Below, in pieces: positions 54,819 through 63,998 of a stretch of DNA of 64,000 nt. The position numbers were made by a program, and so were the translations under genes. Position 1 is the first letter of the stretch; every line of letters begins with the position of its first letter. Below the pieces are notes generated by a model, which saw only the letters and a list, made by a program, of their open reading frames with translations, had not been told where the DNA came from and did not search any database. The stretch comes from Thermoproteota archaeon (GTDB lineage: Archaea; Asgardarchaeota; Njordarchaeia; Njordarchaeales; Panguiarchaeaceae): NCBI GenBank assembly GCA_024720975.1, contig JANJXX010000001.1, positions 255,408-319,407 of the forward strand, written 5' to 3'.

Positions 54819-56585
54819 ATGCCAAAAGATGAAGCTCAATCAATTTCCCCGGCTCAGTTTTTCAGTATGAATAGGGCTATAGCTGGTTTTACGAATCCTG
54901 CAAAATCCTTATATACGACAATAAGAGAACTTATAGAGAATTCTCTTGACGCCTGTGAGGCGATTAACGTCTTCCCAAACATTTGCATAAGGGTTCGAAG
55001 ACTTACACCCGAAGAACTGAGAGAGTTAGGCATCATTGACATACTAGCTGCTAAAACTCAAAAAGCAGGAGAGAGAATAAATAATGTTCGTGAGGAGGCT
55101 AGTTCTCAATCAAAAGAGGAGGAAGATGAAGAGGAATCCGCTGTTCCAGAAGTCTTTGAAATTATTGTATCAGACAACGGGAAAGGCATACCTAGCGATA
55201 AGATACCAATTTTACTTGGAAAAGTGTTGACATCTACAAAATATAAAATCAAGCAACAAAGAGGAAGATTTGGCCTCGGACTGAAAATGGCTATAATTTA
55301 CAGCTTGCAGGAACTTAATACCCCCGTAGAGGTATGGTCCGCCACAAGATCTGAAAAATTTCTAAGCTACTACAAGTTGAAGATAGATATTGTTAACAAT
55401 GAACCCATAATCCTGGAGAAAAAAGAGATAAACAAAAGTGAATTTAAAGATCCTTGGAATAGGAAGATGCAACATGGTACTGTAATAAAACTTCTGATAG
55501 TCGGAGATTGGACTCGCGCAAAACCATATGTACTTGAATATTTAAAACAACTCGCTATAATAACTCCATATGCAACATTTTTATTCGAAGGACCAAATGA
55601 CGAAAAAATATATTATGAACGTGTTAGCAACAAAATGCCGCCGCCTGCAAAAGAATCCAAGTATCACTTATCCGGCATAGACGCTCAAACTTTAATTCAG
55701 TTAATGCGCGAACACAAGAGACTTAGTATACTTGAGTTCCTAACAATAACTTTCGAGAGAGTAGGAGAAAAAACCGCCAGGAAGTTCCTGAAAGCTCTCA
55801 AAGTACGTCCTGAAACCCCCGTGAAGAATATACTCAGAAATGACAAATTAATAACTTCATTCGTGCGCTTGGCATCTGTATACAAATTTAAGCGCCCTGA
55901 TCCATCGGCCCTGTCTCCTATAGGTGAGGAGCTACTGAAGCAAGGATTAACTGCAATCCTAAAGCCTGCATTTACCGCTACGTATCAACGAAAACCTATC
56001 TCTCTTCAGGGACATCCATTGATAGTTGAGGCAGCTGTGGCTTACGGTGGCGAGATTCAACCCGGCATAAAACTCCTAAGATTTGCAAACAGAGTTCCAT
56101 TGCTCCATAAAACCAAGAGCGATGTTGGATGGAAAGCTTTAGAAGAAATAGATCTATCGCGATACAAAGTCACGGAACAGGATCCTATAGTTCTTGCAGT
56201 TAGTGTTGTCTCTACCAAGATACCTTTCCCAACGACTTCAAAGGACTATATTGATGACGTTGACATTTTACGCCGAGAAATAAAGCTAGCGTTTATGAGA
56301 GTCCTAAGAAAGCTAAGGATATATCTAACACATCTAGAGAGATTGAAACAACTGGAGGAAAAACGCAAAGCTCTAATGAGATACACCAAAAAATTTGCTA
56401 CCAGTATATCCAAGATACTGAAAACAGATCCTAAATACAAGGATTGCATAGAAGCGCGAGATGACGCTATTTATGCTTACCTAGTAGATATAATAGATCA
56501 CAGAATCTCTACCAAAACAGAAACTTCCAGGAGCGTGCATCAAGCGCCACAAAATCCAGGCGAAACTGAAAGTAAAAATCTTTGA
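54819..56585 (+). CDS. top6B: DNA topoisomerase VI subunit B
   Basis: ISPAQFF, ELIENSLDA, DNGKGI, QQRGRFGLG and RFANRVPL. Confidence 0.96.
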   Translation: MPKDEAQSISPAQFFSMNRAIAGFTNPAKSLYTTIRELIENSLDACEAINVFPNICIRVRRLTPEELRELGIIDILAAKTQKAGERINNVREEASSQSKEEEDEEESAVPEVFEIIVSDNGKGIPSDKIPILLGKVLTSTKYKIKQQRGRFGLGLKMAIIYSLQELNTPVEVWSATRSEKFLSYYKLKIDIVNNEPIILEKKEINKSEFKDPWNRKMQHGTVIKLLIVGDWTRAKPYVLEYLKQLAIITPYATFLFEGPNDEKIYYERVSNKMPPPAKESKYHLSGIDAQTLIQLMREHKRLSILEFLTITFERVGEKTARKFLKALKVRPETPVKNILRNDKLITSFVRLASVYKFKRPDPSALSPIGEELLKQGLTAILKPAFTATYQRKPISLQGHPLIVEAAVAYGGEIQPGIKLLRFANRVPLLHKTKSDVGWKALEEIDLSRYKVTEQDPIVLAVSVVSTKIPFPTTSKDYIDDVDILRREIKLAFMRVLRKLRIYLTHLERLKQLEEKRKALMRYTKKFATSISKILKTDPKYKDCIEARDDAIYAYLVDIIDHRISTKTETSRSVHQAPQNPGETESKNL

Positions 56586-56693
56586 GCAACATAGATTAGA
56601 CCTAGCCCTTTAAAAGCAGCCTAACTAATACTCTAAATTTTGTATTTTGGTATTCAGACAGTAGGCGCTGGTCTATACCAGACTGCCAACTGA

Positions 56694-56796
56694 GCGGGGG
56701 TTCCGGAGAGGACAAACGGGCCGGACACGCACGGGCGCCGGACTTAAGATCCGGTGGCGTATGCCTTCGCGGGTTCGAACCCCGCCCCCCGCACCA
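56694..56796 (+). tRNA. tRNA-Leu(TAA) with 17-nt intron at 32/33 (56727-56743), encoded CCA
   Basis: GCGGGGG/CCCCCGC-A-CCA with long variable arm. BHB central helix CCGG/CCGG with bulges ACA and ACT. Confidence 0.9.
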
Positions 56797-56806
56797 ATTA
56801 AACTAG

Positions 56807-56903
56807 GCCGGGGTTCACGAGTTGGAACGTGGCCCGGCTTGAGAAATTGATCATGAGACCGGGTGGCGTTTGCGCCTCGCGGGTTCAAGTCCCGCCCCCG
56901 GCA
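56807..56903 (+). tRNA. tRNA-Ser(TGA) with 14-nt intron at 37/38 (56844-56857)
   Basis: GCCGGGG/CCCCGGC-A; anticodon arm CCCGG-CTTGAG[intron]A-CCGGG; long variable arm GGCG-TTTG-CGCC. Confidence 0.88.
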
Positions 56904-56943
56904 TCAAAATGACAGGCCGAAACCTCGGAACCTTGGTTGAAAT

Positions 56944-57016
56944 GCCCGGGTAGCTCAGTGGCTAGAGCGCGGGATTCGTAATCCCGAGGCCGCGGGTTCA
57001 AATCCCGCCCCGGGCT
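56944..57016 (+). tRNA. tRNA-Thr(CGT)
   Basis: GCCCGGG...CGGGA-TTCGTAA-TCCCG...CCCGGGC-T. Confidence 0.95.
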
Positions 57017-57155
57017 CTCCTCGATTTATTGATTTTCAATTTTCTTAGCTGAATTGTGTATAATCTGCATATATCGAACTGTATATGTTTTGGGCGAAAT
57101 TATAAGCACAATGCACAGAGGCGCAACTGCTAGTTGCTATATTAAAGAGTTATAG

Positions 57156-57983
57156 TTGAGACAAATGATCCCAAACACAGCATTTCTGAAGTTATCTGGA
57201 ATCCAACTACTTGCCGAAATTCCTGCACTGAGTATCAAGCGCACACTAGTAGTTGCTGATCTTCACATAGGATTTGCCGCTAATCTTTTTCGCTACTCTT
57301 TGCGCGCAAGAGAACGCATTTCAAAATACCAAGTTTTATCTATGATCCATGCAATTTCATCGGTTGCTGAGAAGCATTATGATAAGCTTGTGATTGTAGG
57401 AGATGTCAAAGATAGTATCGGTATGCCAAGAAAGTTCATTCTGAATGCTATTGATAAGTTCTTCTCGAAAGTTGGAGAATTTTTCAAAAGAGTTGTAATA
57501 GTCAGGGGAAATCACGATGGTGCGCTACTAGATTTGATTGATAAACTCAACCTAAACGTTGATCTAACGGATCATCTAATCTTGCACGACCAGAGAGCAT
57601 ACATTGTATTAACGCACGGTCACATGAAGTTGCCATATAGTGACTACGCTAAGTCGGACCTGATAATTACAGGACACCTTCACCCCGCCACGCAATTAGA
57701 TAAACCGTTCGTCGTATGCACTTATAAGGTCAAAGAAAGCATCAAAAAAACCCTAATAATAATTCCTGCACTTAATCCAAAGGTCTGGGGTACTGCAGTG
57801 AATTGTGATGCAATCTATAGTCTATTAAGAACGATAATCCCAAAGGACTTTCAATCAATTACCATAGAGGACGCTAACCTTATAGGCAGAACTACATTGG
57901 AAAAAATGATATGCGAACAAGAGCTAGGATTAACTCATTCACCACTGCTCAATGATAAGAAAGCACGGACTAATTCCCAATAA
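57156..57983 (+). CDS. Metallophosphoesterase (calcineurin-like)
   Basis: ADLHIG, VGDVKD, RGNHD, THGH and GHLHP. Confidence 0.88.
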   Translation: MRQMIPNTAFLKLSGIQLLAEIPALSIKRTLVVADLHIGFAANLFRYSLRARERISKYQVLSMIHAISSVAEKHYDKLVIVGDVKDSIGMPRKFILNAIDKFFSKVGEFFKRVVIVRGNHDGALLDLIDKLNLNVDLTDHLILHDQRAYIVLTHGHMKLPYSDYAKSDLIITGHLHPATQLDKPFVVCTYKVKESIKKTLIIIPALNPKVWGTAVNCDAIYSLLRTIIPKDFQSITIEDANLIGRTTLEKMICEQELGLTHSPLLNDKKARTNSQ

Positions 57984-58858
57984 AGCTCCATCTGTTGCCG
58001 AAGTTTCTCAGCATGCCATTCTTTCATTGCTCTAAAGCGACCTTGTTTTTCTATAAATCGTTCTAAGGGGACTCTCTTAGAGGGATCTATTAGTGTCGTA
58101 CTTGGAGGCGTTAGGCGGAATTTTATCTTACCACCAATTACTTCCGCTTCCCAAAGAGGCCAGAATCCTGTTTCAACGGCGAGCCTTCCTAGTTCAATTG
58201 TTAAGCTTGAGTCAAATCTCCAACCTGGTGGATCTGGAGCTAGAATGTGTATATATCTCAACCCCTCCCCCCTAAATGAGGCCGCCTTCTTTACTTTATT
58301 GTATATGTCTATTGGATAGCCAACTGAGGTTGTAGCAACGTACCTAACGCCATGATCCAATAATATAAACGGCATAGGTTTCTTTATTTCAGTTTTACCA
58401 GCCCAAGTGGTTGTAGTCCATGCGCCTGGTGGTGTAGCTCCACTCCTCTGTATGCCAGTGTTCATGTACGCTTCGTTGTCGTAACATATCACGATTATGT
58501 CCTCGCCGCGTTCAGCCGCACCTGACACTGTTGCTAATCCTATGTCTACTAATCCTCCATCCCCACCCCAAGCGACAACATTGACGTCTGTGTACCCCTT
58601 CTTCGTGAGAGCTCGCTTGATTCCGGATGCGACAGCTGCAGCACTAGCAAAAGCTACGTTATAAGTAATTACGTTAAATGATACTCCTGGATATACTCCT
58701 TGGTAAACAGAACTGCAACTTGCAGGTATGACTAGAATTGTTTTTTCGCCCAGCGCCTTTAGAGCCATACGGAGTGCTATTGTGGAGGGACAGCCTGGGC
58801 ACGCTGAATGTCCGCGTAACAACAAATCTGGTTTAGAGATAATTTCCTTTAGGCTCAT
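57935..58858 (-). CDS. porB: 2-oxoacid:ferredoxin oxidoreductase beta subunit
   Basis: GHSACPGC, GGDGG and YDNEAYMNTGIQRS. Substrate specificity cannot be determined. Confidence 0.92.
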   Translation of the reverse strand: MSLKEIISKPDLLLRGHSACPGCPSTIALRMALKALGEKTILVIPASCSSVYQGVYPGVSFNVITYNVAFASAAAVASGIKRALTKKGYTDVNVVAWGGDGGLVDIGLATVSGAAERGEDIIVICYDNEAYMNTGIQRSGATPPGAWTTTTWAGKTEIKKPMPFILLDHGVRYVATTSVGYPIDIYNKVKKAASFRGEGLRYIHILAPDPPGWRFDSSLTIELGRLAVETGFWPLWEAEVIGGKIKFRLTPPSTTLIDPSKRVPLERFIEKQGRFRAMKEWHAEKLRQQMELYWELVRAFLSLSSGE

Positions 58859-59989
58859 CTAGATCACCTTGTTGACGACTTTCTTTATTTGCTCGGGGAG
58901 AATTTCATCACCACCAAGACCTAAGCTTACAGAGTACACTGGTATTTCGGTATTGTATCTATGCAGGACGCTTCTTAATTCCATCGCAAGAATCCCATCG
59001 TGTCCTATACTTAGATCACGTTCTACAACGATTACCTTGTTTTTGTCCTTGAGGACATCAACAATTTCCTTTGACGGGAAGGGTCTAAAGAACCGAACTT
59101 TTAATGATCCCACGCGCTTTCCTTCCTTTCTCAGTTCAGCAGCGACGTTCTCAGCAGTTTCGGCAATGCTTGCCATTGAAACTATTACTACTTCAGCCCC
59201 ATCAGTTTCGTATTCTTTTATTAAGTCACCGTGGTTTATCCCAAATAACTCCTCGTACTCCTTGACAGTTTTCTTGATTGTATCCTTCGCATTCAGCATT
59301 GCTTTGTGCATGTCCCATCTTAAGTGGACAGTGTCCCACGGCCAAAGTATGTTACCAAAAGCGAAGGGTTTGGACACCTCAGGATTTAGAACATAGTGTG
59401 GCGGGTTATATTCTGGTAGAAACTGATCAACAAGCTCTTGATCATGAATTTGAACTGGTTCGGAAGTGTGCGATAGAACGAAACCTTCTAGGGAGACCAT
59501 AACCGGCAGCAGCACGTGCTTATTCTCAGCAATTTTGTATGCTTGTATTATCGAATCGAGAACCTCCTGATTGTTAGAGGCCCATATTTGAATCCAACCT
59601 AAATCTCGCGCTGATAAAGCATCCATCCAGTCAGCCCATATGTTCCAGGGGGGACCAATAAACCGGTTAACGACGCCCATCACCACTGGTAAGCGCGCAC
59701 CTGCGACCCATGCTATCATTTCATACATATATGCAAAACCGTGCGATGAGGTCGCTGTAAAAGTTCTTGCACCAGCGGCAGAAGCTCCTGCAACTGCTGC
59801 CATGGCACTATGTTCGCTTTCAACACGAATAAACTCAGCGTTAAATTCACCTTTCTCTATCCATTCACTCAATTTTTCTACAATCTGCGTCTGGGGTGTT
59901 ATGGGATAGGCGGCTATAACCTCAACACGGGACAACCTTGCACCCCAAGCTGCAGCTTCATTTCCTGTCAATGCTATTGTCCTTGGCAC
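58859..59989 (-). CDS. porA: 2-oxoacid:ferredoxin oxidoreductase alpha subunit
   Basis: GNEAAA, AYPITPQT, VESEHSA and FRPFP. GTG start at 59989 with GGTG SD. Confidence 0.92.
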   Translation of the reverse strand: MPRTIALTGNEAAAWGARLSRVEVIAAYPITPQTQIVEKLSEWIEKGEFNAEFIRVESEHSAMAAVAGASAAGARTFTATSSHGFAYMYEMIAWVAGARLPVVMGVVNRFIGPPWNIWADWMDALSARDLGWIQIWASNNQEVLDSIIQAYKIAENKHVLLPVMVSLEGFVLSHTSEPVQIHDQELVDQFLPEYNPPHYVLNPEVSKPFAFGNILWPWDTVHLRWDMHKAMLNAKDTIKKTVKEYEELFGINHGDLIKEYETDGAEVVIVSMASIAETAENVAAELRKEGKRVGSLKVRFFRPFPSKEIVDVLKDKNKVIVVERDLSIGHDGILAMELRSVLHRYNTEIPVYSVSLGLGGDEILPEQIKKVVNKVI

Positions 59990-60130
59990 ATTAGAACACC
60001 AATAAACTTCGGAGAATCTAAAGTTATAACTGTTTATCATATACTTACAGACGCCTGCATAAATTTGTGGGGCTAATGTTAGATAATTACCAGACTTTTA
60101 ATGAGGTTTTGACTTTACTCTCATTTACTG

Positions 60131-60715
60131 GTGAACATGATGCTAATCGAAGTAACTTGGTTGGGTAGGGGCGGACAAGGAGTCGCCCTAGCATCACGCT
60201 TAATTGTTGAAGCACTAAACTTCGAGAATAAATACGCCCAATCAATGATATTCTTTGGTGCTGAGCGTCGCGGTGCTCCTGTTCGTGCGTATAGTAGAAT
60301 TTCGGATACCACAATCAGGTACCACCATTTCGTTCGTAGGCCTGATGTGTTTGTCGTTTTCTCCAGAGAGCTACTGTCAATTGAAAGGGTTTTCGATGAA
60401 ATTAAGGATGGCGGCACACTCATAGTTAATACTCCAGATCTTGACGCTATTAGGAGCTATATTCCCAGCGATAAAAGAATTAAAATCGGCGGTGTTGATG
60501 CCAACAGGATTTCTATAGACCTAAATTTAAAAGTTGCGGGTCTTGTAGTTCCAAACACTGTGATGCTTGGTGCATTCTCAAAAATCATTGGACTGCCATC
60601 CTTGGAGTCTCTAATTAAGGCTATAAAACATGCTTGGGCTGATAATCCTAAACTCGCTGATATTAATTCAGAAGCCGCAAGGAGAGGATTTGAAAACGCA
60701 CAAATGTTTACTTAA
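60131..60715 (+). CDS. porG: 2-oxoacid:ferredoxin oxidoreductase gamma subunit
   Basis: GRGGQG, FGAERRGAPV and NTVMLGA. Confidence 0.93.
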   Translation: MNMMLIEVTWLGRGGQGVALASRLIVEALNFENKYAQSMIFFGAERRGAPVRAYSRISDTTIRYHHFVRRPDVFVVFSRELLSIERVFDEIKDGGTLIVNTPDLDAIRSYIPSDKRIKIGGVDANRISIDLNLKVAGLVVPNTVMLGAFSKIIGLPSLESLIKAIKHAWADNPKLADINSEAARRGFENAQMFT

Positions 60716-60783
60716 ATGCAAAATGTAAATAAGTAAGACTACTTAACACCCTAAGTTTAAAAGATTAATTTCTGAGGCTTTCT

Positions 60784-61116
60784 ATGGGATCCTGTATGAG
60801 TGAGCTAGAAGAGAAAATAATAATCCCAGACGAAGAACTCGATATAATGAAAGCACGAGACAAAATCTTGCTACCCATATCAAAACCGAAAGAAGGTGTC
60901 GCCGGAAAAACAGGGTCATGGAGAGTTTTTAAACCTATTTTCCACGCAGATAAATGTATTAAGTGTTATCAGTGCTACCTCTCATGTCCTGATTCCGCTA
61001 TCATTGTGAGCAATTTTAATGAGTTGCCCAAGTGGAACTACGACTTCTGTAAGGGCTGTGGAATCTGCGCAAATGTCTGTCCTCGAAAAGCTATTGAAAT
61101 GCGTGAAGAAGGCTGA
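60784..61116 (+). CDS. porD: 2-oxoacid:ferredoxin oxidoreductase delta subunit (2x[4Fe-4S])
   Basis: KTGSWR, CIKCYQCYLSCP and CKGCGICANVCP. Confidence 0.93.
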   Translation: MGSCMSELEEKIIIPDEELDIMKARDKILLPISKPKEGVAGKTGSWRVFKPIFHADKCIKCYQCYLSCPDSAIIVSNFNELPKWNYDFCKGCGICANVCPRKAIEMREEG

Positions 61117-61796
61117 AAGATCAAGTATGCCTAGATTCACTCCAACTTAAAAGAATAGTTGCTAACACTGCTTTAAAGTACATTCGAGACGGCATGATAC
61201 TGGGTATTGGGTCCGGATCGACTGTTCGAGAATTCATTGATCTGCTCTCTAAGTTGAGCCTTCAAGTAAAGTGTATACCAACTTCCTATGACACAGAACT
61301 GGCTCTGCGGAGTAGGGGCCTTAATACCATATCCTTGTTAGATGCACATAAAATAGATCTTGCAATTGACGGTGCCGATTCCGTTTTCTTAGATAAGCGT
61401 GTCATAATCAAAGGACATGGGGGTGCATTTCTACGCGAAAAAATTGTAGACTATCTTGCCGACGAGTTCATCGTAATAATAACTGAAGAAAAGCTTGAAC
61501 GCGTAGTTCCAGTTCCTGTGGAAGTACTTCCATTTGCATATTCTAAATTCATGTTGAATGAGTTATCAAAATATGGAAATCCTCAACTAAGAAGCGCAAG
61601 AGACAAACTTGGACCAGTAGTGACCGACAACGGAAACTGGATCATTGATATAGATATCCAACCAAACCTTATCTCTAGGAGTCTTGAAATTGAATTAAAA
61701 AGCATCCCTGGAGTGATAGAAAGCGGCGTCTTCGTGCGAGATGCACGAATCTTAGTTGCGCGAAAGGATGGTAAAGTTGAGGAAAAGACGATCTAG
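61113..61796 (+). CDS. rpiA: Ribose-5-phosphate isomerase A (start codon uncertain)
   Basis: GIGSGST, DGAD, KGHGGAFLREK and TDNGN. The conserved first helix is encoded in frame upstream of the ATG at 61194. Confidence 0.9.
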   Translation: MKDQVCLDSLQLKRIVANTALKYIRDGMILGIGSGSTVREFIDLLSKLSLQVKCIPTSYDTELALRSRGLNTISLLDAHKIDLAIDGADSVFLDKRVIIKGHGGAFLREKIVDYLADEFIVIITEEKLERVVPVPVEVLPFAYSKFMLNELSKYGNPQLRSARDKLGPVVTDNGNWIIDIDIQPNLISRSLEIELKSIPGVIESGVFVRDARILVARKDGKVEEKTI

Positions 61797-62097
61797 AAGG
61801 AATGCATTAAAATTGCGGAGACTACTAGCTAAAAACCATATAGACTGCCTTATGAAACAAGCAATGATGCTAGCAAGTCAAGGCCATAATGAACTCGCCG
61901 AAAGATCTGCTAAAATAGCAAGAAAGATCAGTAAGTGGTTAGGCTTTGGAATACGTAGGTGGCGGTACTTTTTTTGCAAACACTGTAAAAGTTTTATTTT
62001 TCCAGACATGAGGGTACGAGTAAGAAACAATAGATTTACTCATATTGTAATTCTCTGCAAAAAATGTGGGAACTATAACAGAATAAGAGTTAAGTAA
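61768..62097 (+). CDS. rnp4: RNase P protein Rpp21 (Rnp4)
   Basis: LAKNHIDCL, FCKHCK...RVR...CKKCG...R zinc ribbon. Confidence 0.85.
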   Translation: MVKLRKRRSRRNALKLRRLLAKNHIDCLMKQAMMLASQGHNELAERSAKIARKISKWLGFGIRRWRYFFCKHCKSFIFPDMRVRVRNNRFTHIVILCKKCGNYNRIRVK

Positions 62098-62109
62098 GTC
62101 AAACACACC

Positions 62110-62424
62110 TCAACCTAATATTTCTCGAATTACTTCCTGGGGTAAGTCATCATCAACAGTTCTGTTATATAACTTTTCTTGAATCTCCCTAGCATCTTGA
62201 CTTACTTTTGCTGCCATACCAAACATTTTTCCATTCACTCCATGTGCCAGACGAGAGACGAGAAATTTTGTCTTTACGTCGGCTTTAGCACCTATCCACA
62301 TGTATATTATCGAATCCTTATCTTCGACCAAGAGTGCGCAAACATCATCCTTCAACAGTTCATTGACGACTTTGCCTTTAGCAGATTCCACGTTTGAGCC
62401 TTTCATCAGTACTCCGCGAAGCAT
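62110..62424 (-). CDS. Single-domain gelsolin-like protein
   Basis: LLKDDVCALLVED...IIYMWIGAKA...KFLVSRLA fits the gelsolin core motif. ATG at 62424 has a GGGTGA SD; the ORF track start is 62445. Confidence 0.7.
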   Translation of the reverse strand: MLRGVLMKGSNVESAKGKVVNELLKDDVCALLVEDKDSIIYMWIGAKADVKTKFLVSRLAHGVNGKMFGMAAKVSQDAREIQEKLYNRTVDDDLPQEVIREILG

Positions 62425-62691
62425 TTGTTTTTCACCCTTAAGCATACAAGATAGTCATTCTAAATTGTATTAAAAAAGATGAACCTTTACTGCACTACAA
62501 TACACATCCTTAACTACGCGAATACGAAGGAACTAGATAGAACTGGTATCTTAATCCACTAGTGCTAGTAGCCAATATTTTGATATTTCTAGTATCCAGT
62601 ACTTGATTCAATGTATGCCTTCCATGAAAGCTAAGAGCTTTAATTCCAGAATTTCTTTAGCTTTCAACATGAAAAACCTCGGTGATGAAGA

Positions 62692-63792
62692 ATGAAAATA
62701 ACTGTAAGTGTTATCAAAGCTGATATCGGAAGTATCGCTGGTCATGTAAGAGTGCACCAAGACACCATAGAGGTAGCTAAGAAAAAACTCGAGACGGCCA
62801 AGGAAGAAGGCCTTGTAATAGATTATTATGTATTCAATGCCGGGGATGACCTAGAGCTTTTAATTACACATACCAAAGGAGTAGATAACCCAGAAATTCA
62901 CGAGCTTTCATGGGAGATATTTAAGGAATCCGCAAAAAAAGCTAAGGAATTGAAGCTATATGCCGCTGGACAAGATCTATTAAAGGAATCATTTAGCGGC
63001 AACATAAAGGGCATGGGACCTGGAGTTGCTGAGATTGAATTTGAAGAGAGACCCGCAGAGCCTTTTGCGGTATTTGCTGCTGATAAGACAGAGCCAGGAG
63101 CCTTTAATCTACCAGTATTTAGAATATTTGCGGATCCGTTTAATACGGCAGGACTGATTATAGACCCAAAGATGCACGCAGGATTCAAATTTATAATAAT
63201 GGACGTCATAGAAGGAAAAGAAATAGAACTCCAAACTCCTGAAGATCTATACGATATTTTAGCTCTTATAGGGCATACTGGTCGGTACATAATAAAATTC
63301 GTCTACTCAAAAGATCCTACGATAGGAGTAGCTGCTGCCGTATCAACTCAGAGATTATCGCTGATTGCTGGACGTTACATTGGAAAAGATGACCCCGTCT
63401 GTATTATAAGAGCACAACATGGGTTACCTGCCATGGGTGAGATTCTCGAAGCGTTCTCGCAAGCGCATCTTGTTAAAGGATGGATGCGTGGGTCCCATCA
63501 TGGTCCTCTAATGCCAGTGCCGCTTAAGTATTCGCAGTGCACGCGATTTGATGGCCCGCCAAGAGTTGTTGGACTCGGATTTAATCTTTGCGAAGGAAAA
63601 CTTATTGGACCTATAGACCTGTTTGACGATCCGGCATTTGATTTAGTACGACAAAAGGCAATGCTAATAACCGACTACATTAGGAGCATGGGCCCGTTTG
63701 AGCCTCATATGTTAGGTCCTGAGGAACTTGAATACACTACGCTACCAGAGGTTCTTAAGAGGCTTAAGAATCGTTGGCGGGAGAGTACATAA
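62692..63792 (+). CDS. fbp: Bifunctional fructose-1,6-bisphosphate aldolase/phosphatase (class V)
   Basis: IKADIG, GDD, YAAGQDLL, DKTEPGAFN, Y.GKDDP, GWMRGSH and EYTTLP. Confidence 0.97.
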   Translation: MKITVSVIKADIGSIAGHVRVHQDTIEVAKKKLETAKEEGLVIDYYVFNAGDDLELLITHTKGVDNPEIHELSWEIFKESAKKAKELKLYAAGQDLLKESFSGNIKGMGPGVAEIEFEERPAEPFAVFAADKTEPGAFNLPVFRIFADPFNTAGLIIDPKMHAGFKFIIMDVIEGKEIELQTPEDLYDILALIGHTGRYIIKFVYSKDPTIGVAAAVSTQRLSLIAGRYIGKDDPVCIIRAQHGLPAMGEILEAFSQAHLVKGWMRGSHHGPLMPVPLKYSQCTRFDGPPRVVGLGFNLCEGKLIGPIDLFDDPAFDLVRQKAMLITDYIRSMGPFEPHMLGPEELEYTTLPEVLKRLKNRWREST

Positions 63793-63889
63793 TCTAGCTA
63801 CGTAATTAACTCAAACTTAAAAAGATGTACTGTCTAAATCTTTCTTTATAATTGTAGCAATTAATTACAAAATTTTTGATAAAGTGAGT

Positions 63890-63998
63890 GCCGCCGTGGC
63901 GTAGGGGTTTGCGCGCCGGACTCATAATCAGCCTGTCATGGGACGTAAGAGCCGAACCCAACATCCGGAGGTCGCGGGTTCGAGTCCCGCCGGCGGCA
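63890..63998 (+). tRNA. Elongator tRNA-Met(CAT) with 36 nt of intron sequence (two tandem 18-nt introns)
   Basis: GCCGCCG/CGGCGGC-A; CCGGA-CTCATA[36 nt]A-TCCGG. Confidence 0.9.

Noticed and set aside
56659-56692. Imperfect hairpin just 5' of tRNA-Leu (split or permuted tRNA leader?)
   Set aside because: The tRNA is complete in cis and no complementary partner leader was found.
56807-56903. TCA inside the insert suggesting tRNA-Sec
   Set aside because: The acceptor stem is 7 bp and the D arm is normal; every splice register that keeps U33 gives anticodon TGA.
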